The position numbers were made by a program, and so were the translations under genes. From positions 40,343-104,342 of the forward strand of contig CAXXHG010000022.1 in assembly GCA_963666315.2 (NCBI GenBank): a DNA stretch of 64,000 nucleotides, in the 5' to 3' direction. This DNA comes from Candidatus Binatia bacterium (GTDB lineage: Bacteria > Desulfobacterota > Binatia > Bin18). Numbering within the stretch: position 1 is the stretch's first letter; each line of letters starts with the position of its first letter. Below the pieces are notes generated by a model. That model worked only from the letters and a program-made list of their open reading frames with translations, was not told the DNA's origin and did not search any database. This document shows, piece after piece, positions 59,226 through 64,000 of the stretch.

Positions 59226-60407
59226 CTACGCTGATCTTTTTCCCGCCATGACCATCCGCGTGGGCGCATGGCTCTCTGGCGCTCCCACAGTTGGCGGTAC
59301 TAACCCAAGCGGCAAACGGACGGAAAAACAACTTCCCTGTCCCAGTGTACTCTTCACATCAATATGTCCACTGTGGGCTTCGACGAGTTCTTTGCTAATA
59401 AACAAACCGAGCCCCATGCCTTCCTGATAGCCATTTGTCGTGGCACGGCGGATTTTCTGAAACAGATCGGACAGGGCCGCTGCAGCAATACCCGGACCCG
59501 TATCCACCACGGCGACGACAACCGCTTCGTCGTCTGTACGTGTCCTGAGCGTCACGCAGCCCGCCTCAGGCGTAAACTTGAGCGCCTTATGCAGCAGGTT
59601 GGTAACCACGCGCTCTAAAGCCAGAGGGTCGTCTAAGATCTGCGGCAAGTCGGGTTGCAAGGCAAAGGTCAGAGCGATGTTGCGCCGTCTCGCTTCGGTC
59701 TCGTAGCGTTGGCCTACGAGTTGGACAACATCATTCAGCAGCAATGATTCTTTCGTCAGCGTGAAATGGCCTGCCTCGATTTTTGAGAAATGGAGATAGT
59801 TCACGACAAGGCAGTGTACGGTCAACGCATTGATGCGAATCCGCTCCAGGACGCCTTTTTCTTCCGCCCTCCCCTGTTCGGCCATCTCCTCTAGCAGCAG
59901 ATCCGTATAGCCGAGGATAACGCCTAAGGGGTTTTTGATGTCGTGACTGAGCATGGCAATAAATTCAGTCCGCCGCCGTTCACGCTCTTTCTTAGCCGAC
60001 AGGTCCCGGTACGTTCCATGCAGCCCCGTGGGCTTACCAGCTTTATCCCGGATATACCGCAGCTGACACTCGACTGGGACAACGCCCCCATCTTTTCGTA
60101 CGAGCTCTAATTCAAACGTAGGGGCAACGGTCTCCCCTTGCTGGGCTTTTCGGGACCGATCTTCAATCAGCATCGTCGAGGTCGGCGTAAGAAATTGGGC
60201 CACCGGCTTACCAACAAGATCACCCCGACTCCAGCCCAGCATGCGCGCGCTTGTTTTATTGACGTTGGTGATACGACCATCCAACGATAGTGTCGCAATT
60301 CCGTCCCGCGCTTCCTCAAAAAGGTTGCGGTAATATTCCTCACTCTCACCCAGCTGGGATGAGTCGTCATTCACAATCAGGATGCCAGGCGGATCGGGTT
60401 GCGGCAT
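59226..60407 (-). CDS. PAS-domain sensor histidine kinase (degenerate N-box)
   Basis: PAS-PAC, H-box LSHDIKNPL, NLLHKALKF, DTGPGI, GMGLGL. Confidence 0.85.
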   Translation of the reverse strand: MPQPDPPGILIVNDDSSQLGESEEYYRNLFEEARDGIATLSLDGRITNVNKTSARMLGWSRGDLVGKPVAQFLTPTSTMLIEDRSRKAQQGETVAPTFELELVRKDGGVVPVECQLRYIRDKAGKPTGLHGTYRDLSAKKERERRRTEFIAMLSHDIKNPLGVILGYTDLLLEEMAEQGRAEEKGVLERIRINALTVHCLVVNYLHFSKIEAGHFTLTKESLLLNDVVQLVGQRYETEARRRNIALTFALQPDLPQILDDPLALERVVTNLLHKALKFTPEAGCVTLRTRTDDEAVVVAVVDTGPGIAAAALSDLFQKIRRATTNGYQEGMGLGLFISKELVEAHSGHIDVKSTLGQGSCFSVRLPLGLVPPTVGAPESHAPTRMVMAGKRSA

Positions 60408-60633
60408 GCTGGAGCGTGTCCCTCACTGTCTAAGCGGGCTATCGGGAGTTCGCCGTCATCATTGAGTCCACGTTTTTCCTAAGAGAGAGTCCCGCTAGAA
60501 GAGGGTCCCAGCGACACACGTCTCAAGGCAACACCTACGGGCAAGCTGTGGCGCCCCCACAGAGGCTGTTTTCAACACGCAGATACGAGGGAAGGGAAAG
60601 GCCGACGATGCTGACGACTTCAGGGAAATATGG

Positions 60634-61039
60634 CTATTTCAGCCAGCGGGTGAATTCTACCTCTATAGTGGAAGAGTGAGCCGAGGCTTCGAGTTTGCGC
60701 TGAATATATCGCTTGATAGCTGATCGAGTTGGAGGAAAAAGCAGGCTGAAACCAATGACGTCGGTTATAATCCCAGGAGTAATTAAGAGGAGCCCGGCGG
60801 CCAGAATAAGGACACCATCGATAAGTTCGCGCGGTTGGCGCAATGCCTTGCTGTATGTTTTCCTGCATCTGTCGCCACGTCCGCCAGCCCTCAAGCCGGG
60901 CGAGCTGAGCACCGACAACACCGGTACCCACGACCAAGAGAATCGTCATCCCGACGCCAAGATAACTCCCGACCTGAAGCAGCAAATACAGCTCAGCAAG
61001 AGGCAGGAGGGTAAACAATAAGACCAGACGAAAAAACAT
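60634..61039 (-). pseudogene. fxsA: FxsA family membrane protein, frameshifted near 60835
   Basis: LPLAELYLLLQVG...GAQLARLEG then ELIDGVLILAAGLLLITPGIITD in another frame. Confidence 0.8.
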
Positions 61040-61082
61040 GGCAGACTCGGGCAGCGGATGGCACAGCTTCACAGAGCGACTG

Positions 61083-61253
61083 TCAGCAGCGGTCAGGCCT
61101 GAGGTTGCGCGTGAACGGCAACCCAAAAACGAGAATTGCAGTCCCCAGGCCAAGCCAGATAAGATTACCCCAGACCAGGCCCATAACAATCATGGCAACC
61201 CCCCACAGAGCAATAAGAATACACAGCATTGCCTGTATAACGAAGGAATTCAT
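61083..61253 (-). CDS. 56-aa two-TM membrane protein (not in the ORF track)
   Basis: MNSFVIQAMLCILIALWGVAMIVMGLVWGNLIWLGLGTAILVFGLPFTRNLRPDRC*, co-oriented upstream of fxsA. Confidence 0.55.
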   Translation of the reverse strand: MNSFVIQAMLCILIALWGVAMIVMGLVWGNLIWLGLGTAILVFGLPFTRNLRPDRC

Positions 61254-61465
61254 GAGTACACAGCGCCTTTGCTTTTCGACCTTTCCTTCATAGAATCCAG
61301 AGTACCCGCAGGCAAGCCCCTCTCAATAAAAAACAATGAGGAAATGAGGATAGACCTGTGAGAAGCAACGGCGAGTTGAGAGCTTCTGACCGGCCCAAGG
61401 TTTCGGTACCAGTGTGAGAGTAAGGCACAATCGAGAAGAAGAGCGTTTCTGCCTTATGCGTTTAA

Positions 61466-62063
61466 TTACGACAAAAGCGTATCTGTTTTCTGATGCTGCG
61501 CCACAGACAAGGCGTCGAACCGGTGCTCAACCAGCGCATCAGCACGCGCCAAGAGCGCTTCATCATTGGTGAACTTCTCGACCATATAGCTGAGATCGCT
61601 CAGGTCGTGAATGAGGAGTTTCACAGCTTGGTCGCGCACCATCTGCTCACGGACAACATGCAGGAGATCAACAACAACATCCTCAAGCTCTGAGCCTTCA
61701 ACATCAATCGCCATCTCAAACGCACGTTCGACCGATATCTTCTCCTTCGCTTCACGGCCATAGACATTGAGCAAGGACCGCAGCCGTACGACCGTCGAGG
61801 GGTCGAACCACACCTTGCTCCTCTCCCCGACATCGGGATCGTTTTCGATCACGCCTTCTACAAGGGCGAGAGCGCCCAGGTGGCTGGCTTCGTGCCGGGC
61901 CATGCCGAACCAAAATTTACGCAGTTCCTCTTGGGCCTGAAATGCCCGCGTAAACTGCATATAAGAGAGCCATGGTTTTTTTTCCGAGGTTGACGGCTGT
62001 GCGGAGAATATCCTTCACCGTTGTCCGTTGCGGACGGCGCCGCAAATCCGCTCGCTCTACCAT
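61466..62063 (-). pseudogene. Ferritin/rubrerythrin-like protein, frameshifted near 61963
   Basis: ILRTAVNLGKKTMAL then YMQF...FWFGMARHEASH (ExxH)...AIDVEGSE; one extra base splits the frames. Confidence 0.6.
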
Positions 62064-62178
62064 GCTTCTCTCTTAACAAAAGGGGTGGAGAGAAAAAATA
62101 GGGGCCGAACGGAACGAGGCTGCTCACCCCGCACCGTTCGATGTGATTGAGCAGGCCCTACTCGGTCAGGATGGTGTT

Positions 62179-62933
62179 TTACAACACGACCTTCTGCTGC
62201 GTAATCGTCACCCCCTTCTCAGGGTCTAAGGTCACCACCGCAACACTGCCACCGTCGTCTACGCCCCTATACAGGGGGGCGGGGTACCGGGATAACACGA
62301 CGTTGTTGGCCCTTGACTCAGGTCGTTAAAGACATGCACATGGCCCATGGCAAGGTAGTCGAGACCTGAGTGTTCGATCTCTTCGGGTGTCACGGGTGAA
62401 GACCGCTGGAAGTCGCCGTCTTCTTCGACAAAATAGCCATGCGCCATGCCGATGTGCCACCAATCTTCCTGACGTGTCGGCACACCAGCAAGCGGGCGGA
62501 AAGCCGGATCGTGCTCGACCAGGCCCTTGCCCCCATACCGTTGCCTGCAGTTCCTGGAATGCTATGGTCCGCCCATTTTCTTCAGTCAGCGTATGCACAT
62601 GCGGTCCAGCCAGGGGTTAAAGTCGGCTTTCTTGTAAATGGAGCGGTGATCATAACAATCATGATTGCCAGGGATGAGAATCACCGGACAGGGCGTGCGG
62701 CGCAGCTCTGCATTGACAAACTCAATACCAGATTCCGGTATCCGGTTTGAGTCAAACAAATCTCCCGCTATGAGGAAGAGATCGGCCTTTTTCTCGCAGA
62801 CCATATCTACGACCTTCCGAAAGGCGTCTTGAATCCGGCGTCGGTAGGATAGACTCTCCTCGCCCCGACCAAAGGTATCGCTTTCGAGGTGGACGTCAGA
62901 GGTGTGAATAAGGGTGAGGTCTGGTTTCGGCAT
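62179..62933 (-). pseudogene. SbcD/Mre11-like metallophosphoesterase with several frameshifts
   Basis: IHTSDVH, AGDLFD, PGNHD, MAHG, YLAMGHVH, CYPGTP spread over three frames. Confidence 0.8.
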
Positions 62934-63423
62934 GCAAACTCCTTGAGGTCGATGCATTCTCTGCGAGAGATGCTCTCAGGGGTAGAATCACAGTTGCACG
63001 GCCTGGCGTCAGACGCGCCCCCTGCCCGTTCTCAATCCAGACCTCGCACTCGACGTAGCCCGCAGCTTGCTCAGCTTGCTCATTTTGCTCTCTCCATTTT
63101 TTGACAACTCTGCCTTTACACACCAGGGGCTCATTCACATAGGCAATATCACGGTTGGCATAGGACAGCTTTTTCAGCACGCCATCCGCGCCGATCCAAC
63201 GCGTGAGAAGCTGCGATAAAAACGCGCCGCGCAACGGCCCATGCACAACGATATCACGGTATCCCTCGCCCTGGGTGTAGTCTTTATCAAAATGGATACG
63301 CTGCGGATTCCAGGTGATACTGCTGTAGAGAAAGAGCAAAGTGTTTGATGGGGTCTTCTCCAGAGAAGGCAGCGGCATGCCTTCTGCCACGTCTTCAAAA
63401 TAGAGTTGTTGTCCTTCGGTCAT
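62896..63423 (-). CDS. MaoC-like hot-dog dehydratase subunit
   Basis: YFEDVAEG, WNPQRIHFD, IVVHGPL. Confidence 0.85.
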   Translation of the reverse strand: MTEGQQLYFEDVAEGMPLPSLEKTPSNTLLFLYSSITWNPQRIHFDKDYTQGEGYRDIVVHGPLRGAFLSQLLTRWIGADGVLKKLSYANRDIAYVNEPLVCKGRVVKKWREQNEQAEQAAGYVECEVWIENGQGARLTPGRATVILPLRASLAENASTSRSLHAETRPHPYSHL

Positions 63424-63455
63424 AGGTTTCCCTTTAGCGTACGCGAGAGGACTCT

Positions 63456-63950
63456 CTAGCGTAAGATAGCAGCCCCTTTTTCAATGAGCACCAAGGCATC
63501 GTGCTGATTGGTATAGCGGGTCTCTCGGACGACAAAGATCAACGGACCCGAGCGTCCCTCTTTCTGGTAGATATCAACGATCTTACTCCGCGCGGTCAGC
63601 GTATCGCCCACGCGAATCGGGACAAAAAATTCGATTTCAGTCCCACCATCCATGAGACGTGGCAAAGAGGTTGGAGGAATGGGAAACCGCCCCTCATACG
63701 GCAGACCATCGGGGCGCAGTGCACTCTCCAGAACCGGGTCTGTGAGCGGGGCCATGTAAAAGAGTGGTGGGGCAATCAGACCACCATAACGGCTTTGCTT
63801 CGCCAGCTCCTCATCGTAGTAGAGCGGATTCGGATCGTCCGTTGCCACGGCAAAACGTTGGACATCCAGCGCCGTCACCTCAGTGGTCCAGGCCGGGGTC
63901 TCGCGACCGATCCAGGTACGAATTTCATCCGTAATCAACGATTCCGGCAC
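63456..63950 (-). CDS. MaoC-N (FAS1-like) hot-dog dehydratase subunit
   Basis: FAVATDDPNPLY, IAPPLF, DGGTEIEFFVPIRVGD, KEGRSG. Confidence 0.87.
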   Translation of the reverse strand: MPESLITDEIRTWIGRETPAWTTEVTALDVQRFAVATDDPNPLYYDEELAKQSRYGGLIAPPLFYMAPLTDPVLESALRPDGLPYEGRFPIPPTSLPRLMDGGTEIEFFVPIRVGDTLTARSKIVDIYQKEGRSGPLIFVVRETRYTNQHDALVLIEKGAAILR

Positions 63951-64000
63951 GGTTTTCTTTTCCTCCTGGCCTCAGCGGTATATTTTTTCTAACAGCTCAT

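Overview
This 64-kb bacterial window has three zones. (1) About 1-36.5 kb is a patchwork of catabolic/redox genes: an HpaB-family monooxygenase, two Rieske oxygenases each followed by the same small uncharacterised gene, four luciferase-like monooxygenases, an acyl-CoA dehydrogenase, a CoA-transferase III pair, TauD, an OYE/TMADH-like flavoprotein, a Baeyer-Villiger monooxygenase, SDRs and hydrolases. Many carry nonsense codons, frameshifts, deletions or altered catalytic residues. (2) About 36.6-48.9 kb is a mobile hotspot centred on tRNA-Arg(ACG). Two paralogous tyrosine integrases converge on the tRNA. The right-hand ~10.6-kb element duplicates the 5' end of the tRNA, and its integrase is fused in frame to a signal-peptide-bearing protein with 16 Sel1 repeats. 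It also carries a tRNA-Ala 3' remnant, an IS6 and fragments of adenylate-cyclase/AAA/TPR genes. (3) About 49-64 kb looks chromosomal: a matrixin pair, tRNA-Ser(GCT), and an intact Fur-boxed iron locus (porin, FMN-binding protein, His-bearing 4-TM protein, ApbE, CDGSH protein, FeoA, FeoB, small CxxC protein, MFS), then a degenerate sensor kinase, fxsA, a ferritin-like gene, a phosphoesterase and a MaoC pair. The best candidates for undescribed biology are the flavinylation-coupled iron locus, the Sel1-integrase fusion with its 5'-tRNA-duplicating island, and the repeated cyclase-tail joints between cargo genes. Gene content resembles Binatia/Entotheonella-like genomes (inference only). All family calls come from motif recognition; no database search was run.
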